Part shown: one piece after another, positions 1 to 10,268 of the stretch
How positions within the stretch are numbered: the stretch's first letter is position 1
Layout of the letters: each line of letters starts with the position of its first letter
Source: Nitrosopumilus sp.
GTDB taxonomy: Archaea > Thermoproteota > Nitrososphaeria > Nitrososphaerales > Nitrosopumilaceae
Assembly: GCA_965205425.1 (NCBI GenBank)
Contig: CBDBGZ010000009.1
Span: 320,001-384,000 of the forward strand
Direction: 5' to 3'
DNA: 64,000 nt
The notes under the pieces: generated by a model
Database searches by the model: none
Told to the model about the DNA's origin: nothing
The model's input: the letters and a program-made list of their open reading frames with translations, nothing else
Program-made: the position numbers and the translations under genes

Positions 1-195
1 AACAAATTCTGCAGATTGTATTAATTCTGAATTAACATGAAGGTGTGCAGGACCATCATTATCACCAATAGTTATCCACTTTTCTTTTTGTCTAATACTA
101 AGAGGGCCTCGAACCTCACTTATAGCACCATTATTTTTTACAATAAGTAAAACATCGTCAATTTTGACTAAATCAGATAATAATTCTAAAAGCAT
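1..195 (-). CDS. Partial gene (runs off window), possibly ChuX/HutX-like heme-utilisation family protein
   Basis: Hand translation from ATG at 195: MLLELLSDLVKIDDVLLIVKNNGAISEVRGPLSIRQKEKWITIGDNDGPAHLHVN..., open to the window edge; HLH motif recalls ChuX/HutX. Confidence 0.55.
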   Translation of the reverse strand, partial: MLLELLSDLVKIDDVLLIVKNNGAISEVRGPLSIRQKEKWITIGDNDGPAHLHVNSELIQSAEFV

Positions 196-221
196 TGTAT
201 AGCATTGAAATTGAAATTATT

Positions 222-503
222 TCAGTTTTTTGAACGATTCATGTCAATTTGAACAAAATCATCAGTATCCCCATGAACACAATCAGTTCCTACGGCCTTT
301 ACAGGTGAAAAACTAATTTTTCCATCGTGGATTTTTCCTTCTTTTTGTAAATGACCAATTTTTCCAGTTACAACTTGTTTGTGTCGTCCACAAGTGACTC
401 CTACCATGTATTCATCATCTCCTGAAATAATTGATACAATAAATTCAGGTGGATTTACACATTGTTTGCCTTCTTTTGAAACAGAGCATTTGTCAGGTAA
501 CAC
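222..503 (-). CDS. Hypothetical Cys-containing small protein
   Basis: 93-aa ORF with several Cys/His; family not recognised. Confidence 0.6.
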   Translation of the reverse strand: MLPDKCSVSKEGKQCVNPPEFIVSIISGDDEYMVGVTCGRHKQVVTGKIGHLQKEGKIHDGKISFSPVKAVGTDCVHGDTDDFVQIDMNRSKN

Positions 504-591
504 AGTTTGAATTGAGAATTTATCAGATATTAATCTTGATTGTTACAGATTCAATTTATTATCAAGCAGATTTAATCATCATTGAAAGTTA

Positions 592-1899
592 TTGACACAT
601 GATTTTGATGTTGTAATTATTGGTGGAGGAATTCTTGGAACTTCATTATCATATTTTCTTTCATCATTAAATGAATCAAAAAAAATTGCAGTAATAGAAC
701 AAGCTCATAGCATAGCATTTCATACAAGTGGGAGAAATACTGGAAAAGTTCATGCACCTTATCTATACAATCCTGAAAAGAAAAAACTGTTTGCAAAATC
801 AGCTTTTCATGGTTATGAAATGTGGGAAGAATACGCAAAATTGAAAAATTTACCGTTTAAAGAAGATGGAGTCATCGAAGTTTCACCAGATCAAAAAGGA
901 ATCAAAGTTCTTGAAAAATATCTCAAATGGGGAAAACAAAATGGTTTGGAAGAAAAAGACATTAAATTAATGAGTAAAGAGGAAATAAAAAAAATAGAAC
1001 CTGAAATAAAATGTGAAGCTGCACTGTATGTTTATAGAGATGCATCAACAGATTATTCTATATTTACAAATTCAATTATGAATGATAGTAAAAAAACAGG
1101 TACTGATTTTCTATTAGACACCAAAGTTACTAAAATTAAAAAAGAAAATGGAAAATGGGTGATCACATTAAATGATGAACATGAAATTAACGCAAAATTT
1201 CTAATCAATGCCGCAGGAGGTGAAGCCATTGATATTGCACACGATGTAGGTGTTGCAAAAAAATTCACGGATGTACATTTTAGAGGAGAATACTGGAAGG
1301 CTCCAAAAGAATACAACAACCTTACAAAATCAAGTGTATATTCAGTACCAGAATTTCCTGATTATCCATTTTTAGATCCACATTGGATTATCAGAGTAGA
1401 TGGTAGTTGTGAAATTGGACCTAATGCAGTACCAGTGTTTAGTCCACATGGATATGATACATCAAAAAATATCAAAGAATTCATTCCAAAGATGCTTGAG
1501 ATGTTAAATTCAGGAGCAAGAAAAGCAGTATTTGATAAACAGTTTCAGGAACTTGCCATGAATGAAATTCAATCATCAATGTCAAAAACTGCAATGGTAA
1601 GCAGAGTAAAAAAATTCTTGCCAAAAATTGACACTAAAAAAATTACTGAAAGAGGTACTGCAGGAATAAGATCATCAATAATTGACGACAAAGGAAAATT
1701 TGCACCAGATGTAATTCTAATAGAGAATGAATCATCATTTCATATTTTGAATTATAACTCTCCAGGAGCTACGGGGGCCTTGCCATTTTCTGCACATATT
1801 GTAAATCATCTAAACAAGACAGGTTTGTTCAGTAATGAAGATGAGGATGCAGTTTGTGGCCCATGGAGATTTTCTGAAATCATAGAAAAACTAGAGTAA
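592..1899 (+). CDS. FAD-dependent oxidoreductase, L-2-hydroxyglutarate oxidase (LhgO)-like
   Basis: GGGILG Rossmann motif, HTSGRNTGKVH, FRGEY, GPNA, SPGATGA. Confidence 0.8.
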   Translation: MTHDFDVVIIGGGILGTSLSYFLSSLNESKKIAVIEQAHSIAFHTSGRNTGKVHAPYLYNPEKKKLFAKSAFHGYEMWEEYAKLKNLPFKEDGVIEVSPDQKGIKVLEKYLKWGKQNGLEEKDIKLMSKEEIKKIEPEIKCEAALYVYRDASTDYSIFTNSIMNDSKKTGTDFLLDTKVTKIKKENGKWVITLNDEHEINAKFLINAAGGEAIDIAHDVGVAKKFTDVHFRGEYWKAPKEYNNLTKSSVYSVPEFPDYPFLDPHWIIRVDGSCEIGPNAVPVFSPHGYDTSKNIKEFIPKMLEMLNSGARKAVFDKQFQELAMNEIQSSMSKTAMVSRVKKFLPKIDTKKITERGTAGIRSSIIDDKGKFAPDVILIENESSFHILNYNSPGATGALPFSAHIVNHLNKTGLFSNEDEDAVCGPWRFSEIIEKLE

Positions 1900-1925
1900 G
1901 AAAATACAAGATAAACTAGACAGAA

Positions 1926-2984
1926 TTACCTAATTTTGTATCGAAGTATTGCTAGAACAGAATTATCAATGTCTAATTTTTTGATTATTTTTGGAGAAAC
2001 TGCAAATTCTATTTTCGATGAAGTATTTTTTGCAAGTTCAATCATTTTCATTATACTTTTGAATTGAGAATTAGTATGATAATTTGCAGAAACAATAAGG
2101 GTATCTACGGCTCCAATTTCAAGTGCTTTGTAGATTACATTATTTCTTTTAGCAGTTAATCCATCTTTGACTAAATTCTCATATTTTTGAATTAATTCTG
2201 TAACAAGCTTTCTTCTATGCTGATACAAATGATGAATTATTTTTTTATCAATATCTTTCATTGAAGTTGAAAAGGACAAATTTTCTACAAATCGACATTT
2301 TTTTACCAATTCTGAATTAAGTTCATCATAAAATTCTGTTTTTGCAGGACCAATTCCACCCAATAGAATTAGTGAAGAATTTGAATCCATCTCTCTGACT
2401 TTATTTGCTACTTTTTTGAAGAAAACATGAATTTTTGTTTGTCTTGCTCTAAGGAATCGCCCCTGACTCTGTCCTCCTTTCTTATGTCTACCCTGTAAGT
2501 CAATTCGAAGTTTTGCTTCTTGAATTATTTGATGTCCATGAAATTTTTGAATTCTTGCTGTTTTTTGATCTAGTGTTACTACCAAAACATGATAATTAGT
2601 TTTCAAAATATCATTGAATGGTTTGATGAAGGGTTTCTTGCTAGACATGTAGATGTAAGGAAGTTTTTTTGAAGTTCCAATCACTTTGATGTTAACTTTA
2701 CCATTTTTTATCCATCCAAAAATACACAATGTTTTTGTAAATTTTCCTACAGAAACAGGATTTTTTTTAAGTTCAGTAATTTTATTTTTGATTTTTGATT
2801 TTATTCCTTCAAGAGTTTCATTTCGTCTTGTTTCCTCTAGTAAAGATATAGTTTCAGAACCCTTACCATATGGATAATAGACAGAAATGCATTGAGAGTC
2901 AATATTTTTTATCTCATGTAGAAACTGGTTAATGGATATCCATTCAAAAGGTGGAATTTCTGAAGGTTTGATGGCATCATTCAT
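1926..2984 (-). CDS. aRF1/eRF1-like peptide release factor paralogue
   Basis: GRHKKGGQSQGRF catalytic loop and C-terminal GAVDTLIV domain; no NIKS motif seen. Confidence 0.75.
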   Translation of the reverse strand: MNDAIKPSEIPPFEWISINQFLHEIKNIDSQCISVYYPYGKGSETISLLEETRRNETLEGIKSKIKNKITELKKNPVSVGKFTKTLCIFGWIKNGKVNIKVIGTSKKLPYIYMSSKKPFIKPFNDILKTNYHVLVVTLDQKTARIQKFHGHQIIQEAKLRIDLQGRHKKGGQSQGRFLRARQTKIHVFFKKVANKVREMDSNSSLILLGGIGPAKTEFYDELNSELVKKCRFVENLSFSTSMKDIDKKIIHHLYQHRRKLVTELIQKYENLVKDGLTAKRNNVIYKALEIGAVDTLIVSANYHTNSQFKSIMKMIELAKNTSSKIEFAVSPKIIKKLDIDNSVLAILRYKIR

Positions 2985-3119
2985 TGAAGATTATTTTTGA
3001 AGTTCATATAAAATTCATTTCAAAATATTTGTAGATATCTTTTCCGGAAATTATTTCACCCCTTAACTAGGAGAGCATCATTCCCATACTATCGTATGCG
3101 TGGGTATCGTGGCATACCT

Positions 3120-4028
3120 ATGGTAAAGTTAGATGAGAATAAGATCAGGTGGATTATACAATCTAAAAATGAAAAAGTCAAGAATTTAGATATTTCAGTA
3201 ATCCTCAAGATAACGCCTAGAAGAGTACAACAAGTCTACTCTCAGTACAAAAAAACCAAAAAGATTCCCACACCCAAAAGGCCAGGGCGTCCAAAAAAGC
3301 CAGTCACTGTACACGAGATAGAGCTAGTCAAACAAGTTCAAGAAAAATTTCATACAAACGCACTATACCTTGAGAAAATCATATCAAAATTGTACAATAC
3401 CAAGATAAACCACAATCGCATCCACAAGATTATGCTAGATGAAGGATTATCAGTTGAGCAACCACGGAAAAAGATGAGAAGAAAGTGGATCAGGTATGAA
3501 CGTGAATATTCAAATTCACTGTGGCATACTGACTGGCACACAATACATGATTCACGCTGGGCAGGAAAACAACTAATTGCATTTGAAGATGATGCCTCAC
3601 GATTTATCACGGGTTTCGGAGTGTATGATGAGGCAACATCTGTGAATTCTTCTGCAGTACTATCTGATGCAATAAAGAATCACGGTAGACCAGCATCCGT
3701 ACTATCTGATAATGGAAAACAGTTCACATCAAATGTCAATACTCTTGATCATAACAAGCCAGTAGACTTTGAGCAGCAACTAATGAGACATCACGTAAAG
3801 CACTCTCGTACAAGAGTGAGACATCCACAAACAAATGGTAAGCTAGAAAAGTTCTGGGATATCTTTGAGTGTAAAATAGAATACTTTGAGTCAGTGGAGC
3901 AGTTTATGCATTGGTACAATCACATTAGAGTTCATGGCGCACTAGACTTGGATAACATGGAGACACCATCTGATGCGTATCACTCCAAGATGATAACAAA
4001 CAGTAGATGGGAAAGTAACTCAATTTAG
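3120..4028 (+). CDS. IS481-family transposase (HTH plus integrase-core DDE); native C-terminus displaced to 5326-5371
   Basis: LWHTDW, SDNGKQF and HPQTNGKLEKF motifs; removing the nested element restores ...MITNEILIDPSILWRNYS*. Confidence 0.9.
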   Translation: MVKLDENKIRWIIQSKNEKVKNLDISVILKITPRRVQQVYSQYKKTKKIPTPKRPGRPKKPVTVHEIELVKQVQEKFHTNALYLEKIISKLYNTKINHNRIHKIMLDEGLSVEQPRKKMRRKWIRYEREYSNSLWHTDWHTIHDSRWAGKQLIAFEDDASRFITGFGVYDEATSVNSSAVLSDAIKNHGRPASVLSDNGKQFTSNVNTLDHNKPVDFEQQLMRHHVKHSRTRVRHPQTNGKLEKFWDIFECKIEYFESVEQFMHWYNHIRVHGALDLDNMETPSDAYHSKMITNSRWESNSI

Positions 4029-5320
4029 ATCAAAAACTATCAATTATTCAATCAATCTATTCAGATAGAAAAAGCTTGATGGAAGTATGTCACTCCATCA
4101 AATATGCATTGTACTTCATTTGATACCATGACACACCAAGGCGTGATACTATCTAAAGCATTTGAGATTATCACTAAAATAATGTACAATATCTTGTTGT
4201 TTCCATGCTCTAGTAAAAATAACTCACGGTTCCACAATGCTGATGCACACAATTCTGTCATGTCATTGTGTTTGGGAAATTCATATTCTGAATCTGGATT
4301 AAAGAGACTGGCAATGGAATCCCAGAATCATTCTCCAACTGGTTTCATGGTTGAGAAAAATTATATCAAAAATATCACAAAAAACAATGCAAATTCAATT
4401 ACATCGTTCACTGGATAGTACCATATCAAAATTACAAGAATTGGGAGTATTGGAGCAACCAGTTACTGTGGCAATTGACAAACATCTAATCCCAAGATAT
4501 GACAAATTGCCAAATCATTCTTTAATAAAATCAAAATCTAAAAACAGTACTACTCATTTTGAGAGTTACTGCACCATGCAGTGCGTTGAAAAAAGAATCA
4601 GGGCTCAATTAGGTTGTTATCCTTTGTATGACAACAAATCAAATGCCGATTTTGTGCGTAAATTACTCTCTGATGGCATCAATAATGGAATCAAGATTAA
4701 ACTATTGCTAGTGGATAGGGAGTTTTTCACAGCTGGAACAATTTCAGAAATAAAACAAAAGAATCTGAAATTTCTAATGCCTGCAAAAAAGAATTCTCGA
4801 ATCAAAGATGCAATTGTACAATACGTTAATGGAGATAGAAAGTCAATCTCGCCATACACAATAAAATCATCATCAGGACATGTAGAATCATTTACTCTAG
4901 TTATTCTGCCAAACAAAAATGCAAGAAAAAAATCAGATATTATTGATCAGTATGCTGTGTTTGCAACAAACGTTTCACCAAAAGAAATATCATATAACAT
5001 ACAAAACATTCCAACTGACTACAAGAAACGTTGGGGAATTGAAACAGGATATGCATGTGTGGGAAGGTTCAGACCAAAAACCACCAGTTCAAACCAATCC
5101 ATAAGATTGTTGTATTTTTACTATTCGTTGATTTTGTACAATGCATGGATAATTGCTAATTTGATTATCTCAGAAGAAACCAATGTACAAAATCACAAAC
5201 CAATAATATCAATTGAAATTCTCAAATATTTCTTTGTAAAGATAATTATTCATTATTTTAGAAATAACAAAAATAATTATTTTCTAGAATGTGTAACTTG
5301 AGTTACTTTCCCATCTACTG
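4001..5320 (+). mobile_element. ISH3-family insertion sequence, copy 1
   Basis: Perfect 23-bp TIR CAGTAGATGGGAAAGTAACTCAA (4001-4023 / 5298-5320); 5-bp TSD ACAAA (3996-4000, 5321-5325). Confidence 0.9.
4104..5301 (+). CDS. ISH3-type DDE transposase split over two frames (4104-4418, 4351-5301; +1)
   Basis: VAIDKH, LLVDREFF and YKKRWGIETGY motifs. Confidence 0.8.
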
Positions 5321-5438
5321 ACAAACGAAATACTCATAGACCCAAGTATTCTATGGAGGAATTACTCATGAAAGTGACACGAAATAATTTTTGGAAAGAA
5401 CACAAAATATTTGTAGAAACTAGATTTATTAAAAAAGA

Positions 5439-5540
5439 TGGCGCCGGGAGGGAGATTTGAACTCCCGTTCCCTTGCGAGAACGCGCTTTATGGTTAAACA
5501 ATTTCCAGGCGCGCGCCCTACCAGGCTAGGCGACCCCGGC
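5439..5540 (-). tRNA. tRNA-Ser(GGA) with ~15-nt intron at 37/38, CCA encoded
   Basis: GCCGGGG/CCCGGC acceptor stem, CGCGC-CTGGAA[intron]A-GCGCG anticodon arm, long variable arm, GTTCAAATC T-loop. Confidence 0.93.
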
Positions 5541-5607
5541 ACAAGTCTTGCGACAAATGTATTCGATGAAATGTGATTATAAATTATGTTACTTGATTTA
5601 TGAGAAA

Positions 5608-6060
5608 TTACTTCCAGATTGTTATTGTTGTGGACTTTTCTACATTATTTCCTTCATTATCCATACCATTTACAGATATTTTGTAAAGACCTTCCAATGC
5701 AGTATCACCGTCATTCTTAATTTGATCCCATGAGAAACTTACTTCCTCACCAGGATCTAAACCAGAGATTATTTCTTCAGTAGAAATCCAAGAAGAGTAC
5801 ATCAAGATACCAGACAACCCAGTTATTCTAAGGCCATATGATCCATCAGAAAACGACAAGGGAACAGTTCCAGAATTTACAATTCGAATTTTTATCTCTT
5901 CACCTTTTTTAAAATCAGATTTTTCTGTAACTACTGAAACTGAAGGTCCTTCAACAAAAACTAGCTGACTGGTACTTTTAACATCAATTAGATAAACTCC
6001 AAATGCAAGTCCTGCAATCACACCAATTCCAATAAAGAGTACAATGCTTTTTGCTAACAA
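5608..6060 (-). CDS. Membrane-anchored hypothetical protein with probable Ig-like domain
   Basis: N-terminal hydrophobic helix followed by a beta-rich domain (FSWDQ...GLYKI). Confidence 0.65.
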   Translation of the reverse strand: MLAKSIVLFIGIGVIAGLAFGVYLIDVKSTSQLVFVEGPSVSVVTEKSDFKKGEEIKIRIVNSGTVPLSFSDGSYGLRITGLSGILMYSSWISTEEIISGLDPGEEVSFSWDQIKNDGDTALEGLYKISVNGMDNEGNNVEKSTTITIWK

Positions 6061-6087
6061 TTCTTTTTAAAATAATTTCTTTATTTT

Positions 6088-7089
6088 TTAATCCTTTGGA
6101 GGAGTGGGTTTAGTTCTCCATTTTTTTGGATATGTTTTAGGAGCCATAATGATTCTTTTTGTTTCAAATGCATACCCCTTGGTTGCATCTTTGATTTCTT
6201 CTTCGGACATTGTTGCTTCAGCTAAAGCAACTGCCTCTCCTTTTTGTGTATAAACACCAACAATATCTCCTTTTTTCAAATTTTGAGAAATCTTTAAAAT
6301 TCCAGGAATGGCAAGTTGTGCACCATGGCACATTGCATCCACTGCAGAATCACGAACAACTACTGATTTTAATTCACTTAGTGCTAATTCAACAGGTTTA
6401 ATCATTTTCATCAATTTACTATCATCTTTTTTTTCTTCCCATAATGCAAATGCATCTGCAAGTTCATGCAAAGTTACTAGTCCATCTTTTTCATGAAATT
6501 GATCAACTCGACTTCGTCTTAGTTCAACCATAGTAGCACCAGGTCCTAATATTTCTCCAATATCATAGTAAAGTTTACGAATGTAAGTTCCAGCTTCGCA
6601 GAGTATTCTTGTTAAAAGCAATCTTTCTTTTTGTTCAATCACTTCAAATTCGTATATTGTTCTTGTTCTAGTTTGTCTGAGAACGGCAGAACGTTGAGGA
6701 GGCTTTTGGAAAATTTCGCCTTGAAACATTTCTACAATTTCTTTTAGTTTTTCTTTAGATGTAAGAGAATGTACTCGTCCCAATGCATGGTATTCTTTTG
6801 GACCATAAAGTAAAACACCCAGGGCTTTTGTTGCCTCACCCAAACCCAATGGTAGAACACCAGAAACTTGTGGGTCTAATGTACCACTGTGACCAATTTT
6901 AGGAAGTTTAAGAAGACGTTTGGTCCAAGCTACAGTTTCATGACTTGTAGGGCCTGGCGGTTTGTCTAAAAGAATAATTCCATAATTTAGTAATTGTTCA
7001 ATTGTTCTTTTATCATAATATGTTCCATATGCATTATCTGTAATGTCTTGATCAATTTCTACAAGATTTTCCAATTGTTTTAAAGTCAA
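6088..7089 (-). CDS. cbf5: tRNA/rRNA pseudouridine synthase Cbf5
   Basis: LDKPPGPTSHE, GHSGTLDP, C-terminal PUA domain. Confidence 0.95.
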   Translation of the reverse strand: MTLKQLENLVEIDQDITDNAYGTYYDKRTIEQLLNYGIILLDKPPGPTSHETVAWTKRLLKLPKIGHSGTLDPQVSGVLPLGLGEATKALGVLLYGPKEYHALGRVHSLTSKEKLKEIVEMFQGEIFQKPPQRSAVLRQTRTRTIYEFEVIEQKERLLLTRILCEAGTYIRKLYYDIGEILGPGATMVELRRSRVDQFHEKDGLVTLHELADAFALWEEKKDDSKLMKMIKPVELALSELKSVVVRDSAVDAMCHGAQLAIPGILKISQNLKKGDIVGVYTQKGEAVALAEATMSEEEIKDATKGYAFETKRIIMAPKTYPKKWRTKPTPPKD

Positions 7090-7646
7090 AGTAATTTCCT
7101 CACTGTTTCTTTTGTCACATCAATTACTTGTTGTGCGGTTAAATTATCTGTGTTTATTATTAAATCAAATACAGATTTGTCTTCACCAAAATCAAAATCA
7201 TACAGTTTTTTGTATAATGCTTTATTCTTATCAAATCTCTCTTTAGTAATTTCATAGGCATCTTCTGGGCTCATACTATCTCTTGTTTGCATTCTTTTTG
7301 TGCTACTTTCATGAGATCCTTCCAACCAAATTCTAATTCCATTTTTGATTAACCAAGGTAAAGTATAGCTAGTGATTACCATTCCACCTTGATTAAAAAG
7401 ACCAATTAATTTTTCATCCAATTTTTTATCAAATTCAGAATTTTGTTCACGTTGGTTTAGAAATTTCATTCCATCTTCTGTATCCCACCAATCATCACCC
7501 TTAGAATCAAATCCATGTTCATTTGCCATTTCCTTTAGCACATCTCCTCCACTGAGATACTTTAATTGAAATTCTTCTGCTAAACCTTTAGCAACAGTTG
7601 TTTTTCCCACTGCGGGAGGACCAGAAATAACAATAGATTTGGTCAA
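7086..7646 (-). CDS. cmk: Cytidylate kinase
   Basis: ISGPPAVGKTT P-loop; conserved position next to cbf5. Confidence 0.9.
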   Translation of the reverse strand: MTKSIVISGPPAVGKTTVAKGLAEEFQLKYLSGGDVLKEMANEHGFDSKGDDWWDTEDGMKFLNQREQNSEFDKKLDEKLIGLFNQGGMVITSYTLPWLIKNGIRIWLEGSHESSTKRMQTRDSMSPEDAYEITKERFDKNKALYKKLYDFDFGEDKSVFDLIINTDNLTAQQVIDVTKETVRKLL

Positions 7647-8266
7647 CTGAGATCCATTGAGGTCTTTGTTAGTCTCATGATAATCCCACTAAATGCAATG
7701 GATGAAAGGAAATACCAAGCCCATAGATACAATGCATTTTCTGTTGTACAAACATGATCTACATCTGCGGCTTGTTCAGCAGTGCATGTTAATTGGAACA
7801 TATCTCCAGGAATAACATTTAGTGGAATTGGGGATACAGCAACAGTATAAGCAAATAGTTGCGGTAACACAAGATAAAATATCAAAATTAATGGAACAAA
7901 AGTAATCATCATTGGTCTCATGTTCATCTGCATCATCTCCATTGACATTTTGTTCATGTAGGATGATTTTTTTCCCAATTCAGCAATCTTTGCTTGGTCT
8001 TTAGATCTCATCGCAGCCATTCTTTCTTTTTGCCAACCACGAGTTTCTTTCATAATTCGTTTTAGCTTAACTTGGTCAACCATCTTCTTTCTAACTCCAG
8101 CATTGAAGATGTTCAATAGAATACCAAATCCAGTAACAGCAAACATTGAAAGAATCAATCCTTTGACGATAGGATCATCACTACCCAAAGCCTGTCTTTC
8201 ACCTCCAAAAATATCAAATTGTAGAGGTATAGATTCGATGAAAAGTAGAATAAAGTTAAAATCCAT
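7643..8266 (-). CDS. EMC3/TMCO1 (DUF106, Oxa1-superfamily) membrane protein
   Basis: TM helix, coiled coil, MRPMMITFVP, WYFLSS; lies between adk and cmk. Confidence 0.85.
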   Translation of the reverse strand: MDFNFILLFIESIPLQFDIFGGERQALGSDDPIVKGLILSMFAVTGFGILLNIFNAGVRKKMVDQVKLKRIMKETRGWQKERMAAMRSKDQAKIAELGKKSSYMNKMSMEMMQMNMRPMMITFVPLILIFYLVLPQLFAYTVAVSPIPLNVIPGDMFQLTCTAEQAADVDHVCTTENALYLWAWYFLSSIAFSGIIMRLTKTSMDLS

Positions 8267-8269
8267 TTT

Positions 8270-8848
8270 TTACAGTCCTATTGCACTAATGATTTTATCA
8301 GCAGCTTCATCAACCTTTCCCTCACGATTGAGGATGTATTTGACAGGAGAGCCAGAAATTACCATACAGGATGCAATTATTCCTGATTGAGCGTCTAATT
8401 CTTTCTTAATATTGGCAAGAGTAATTTTATCTCGATTTCGTGTATCGTCACTCATTCGTCTATTGTAGATTTCTTCAGGTTTTGCTGAAACTGAAACAAA
8501 GTTTGTTGGTTGGATAATTTTGAGAACATGTTCTGGTAGACCAGGATAGTATCCTTCTGCAGAACTAATGAATGCATGAGTATCAATAATTACAACATCT
8601 TCATCATGTTGAGCAATTTTTTCTGCTGCAAGTTTTTGTAATCTTTGTTGTTCAGCGACAGGTAGTTTTCTTAATCCATCTCTATCTTTAAGACTATTTT
8701 CTTTTGCAACATCAAACATCAAAGTTCCAAAACTTAGAACGCTGACACTTTTTTTATGGTTTTTAATAATTTCTGCCATTTTGGTTAACAAGGTAGTTTT
8801 CCCAACTCCAGGTATTCCTACCATTACAACTTTTTTATTTTCTGCCAA
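8270..8848 (-). CDS. adkA: Adenylate kinase (archaeal type)
   Basis: GIPGVGKTT, IDTH, GYYPGLP; probable TTG start at 8848. Confidence 0.93.
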   Translation of the reverse strand: MAENKKVVMVGIPGVGKTTLLTKMAEIIKNHKKSVSVLSFGTLMFDVAKENSLKDRDGLRKLPVAEQQRLQKLAAEKIAQHDEDVVIIDTHAFISSAEGYYPGLPEHVLKIIQPTNFVSVSAKPEEIYNRRMSDDTRNRDKITLANIKKELDAQSGIIASCMVISGSPVKYILNREGKVDEAADKIISAIGL

Positions 8849-10268
8849 GTAGAGCACCCAAACGCGGCATTGCAACTTCGACTTGTTCTCTAACTAATTG
8901 TGTGTAATAGTTGATGAGAATATCCACCATAAGTAAAATTCCGATTCCAGAACCAAAGACACCAAGAACATCAGATACACCTGCTAAGAGACCCAATATC
9001 ATTGAGCCAATAATGGTTACGGATGGAATGTACTTGTTTAGTAAAGCTTCAACAGGTTTGTTTGATCTTCTAAATCCAGGAATTTGTACATCTGCATCAA
9101 GTAAGTTTTGTGCAGCACTCTTTGGAGATAAACCACCAAGCTCTACCCATAATCTACCAAACACAACTACAATTCCAATCATAAATAGAACATAACCAAC
9201 TGCACGCATTGGATCTAATGCTGCAACATCCAAACCTCTTGGAGGAGTGATGAAATAGATGATACCACCTATTGGAGTGTTAGGACTAGTAGGATCAAAT
9301 TGCGCTATAAAATTCATGAAGAAATTATTATTCCGCGGGTTCATGTTCGCCCAAAGCATTTGGAAAATGAAAACCGCGTTTGCAGTAAGTGCAGATGCTA
9401 AAATGACTGGAATGTTTGAAACATACATCATTTTGATTGGATAAACAGCAGAGAAGCCTCTGTATTTTGTTGAAACAATTGGGATTTCAATTTTCATTCC
9501 TTGTGTAAATACCAAAATCAACAAGATTCCTGCAGTCAGACACAATCCAAAGATACTCGGAAGTTGATTAGAACGGAATAGAATATTTGTAATATCTCCA
9601 CTACCTGTAAGAGATTGTACAATGTATGGAATAATACCAATCATCCCTCCATCTCCAGCAGGTAACGGACTGAACATACTCCAAAGAATTTGTTGAGCTA
9701 CACCTGCCATAATGAAAAGACTGATTCCACTTCCAAGACCCCAACCCTTCTGGATTAACTCGTCTAAGAACATGATAATAACCGACGCCGCCATCAGCTG
9801 CCCTATAATCACATAGAGAACATATGGTTCAGTTATTCCTGGACCATATACTGCTGCTGCATATACAATAGATTCTGCAACAATTACAACATAAGTTACC
9901 ATCTTAGTAGCAGTCTGGAAGATACCTCTTTCTTCTGGTTTTTTGAAATCAAATTTGAGAATGTCTGAACCTCTCAATAATTGCATCAAGAGACCAGATG
10001 TAACTATAGGCCCAATCCCCAGTTCTACAAGTGTACCTTGTTGTGATGCAAAAATAACTCTAGCAAACGCTAGGAAATCAAATTGTGGTGCTGTTGCTCC
10101 AAATAATGGAGTTTGTCCCATTATCATATAGATGAGTAATGCAATTCCACACCAAAGCAATCTGACTTGTAGTGGGATTTTCTTTTTAGGTTTTGGGACT
10201 TGAGGAAGATATGGTTCTGCCTTGAAAACCATTTTTCGAATGACGGTAGTGATAGTACCCTCAGCCAT
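8835..10268 (-). CDS. secY: Preprotein translocase SecY (Sec61 alpha)
   Basis: ELGIGPIV, GSGISLFI, IPGFR; multi-TM. Confidence 0.97.
   Translation of the reverse strand: MAEGTITTVIRKMVFKAEPYLPQVPKPKKKIPLQVRLLWCGIALLIYMIMGQTPLFGATAPQFDFLAFARVIFASQQGTLVELGIGPIVTSGLLMQLLRGSDILKFDFKKPEERGIFQTATKMVTYVVIVAESIVYAAAVYGPGITEPYVLYVIIGQLMAASVIIMFLDELIQKGWGLGSGISLFIMAGVAQQILWSMFSPLPAGDGGMIGIIPYIVQSLTGSGDITNILFRSNQLPSIFGLCLTAGILLILVFTQGMKIEIPIVSTKYRGFSAVYPIKMMYVSNIPVILASALTANAVFIFQMLWANMNPRNNNFFMNFIAQFDPTSPNTPIGGIIYFITPPRGLDVAALDPMRAVGYVLFMIGIVVVFGRLWVELGGLSPKSAAQNLLDADVQIPGFRRSNKPVEALLNKYIPSVTIIGSMILGLLAGVSDVLGVFGSGIGILLMVDILINYYTQLVREQVEVAMPRLGALLGRK

Larger units (their letters stand above)
3036..5402 (+). 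mobile_element. IS481-family insertion sequence, interrupted by a nested ISH3 element
   Basis: Imperfect 22-bp TIRs (3036-3057 / 5381-5402); 15-bp direct repeat CAAAATATTTGTAGA at 3021-3035 and 5403-5417. Confidence 0.85.

Noticed and set aside
4061..4261. Antisense ORFs conserved in both ISH3 copies (also 39763-40050, 4617-4916, 40319-40618)
   Set aside because: Conservation is explained by DNA identity of the IS copies
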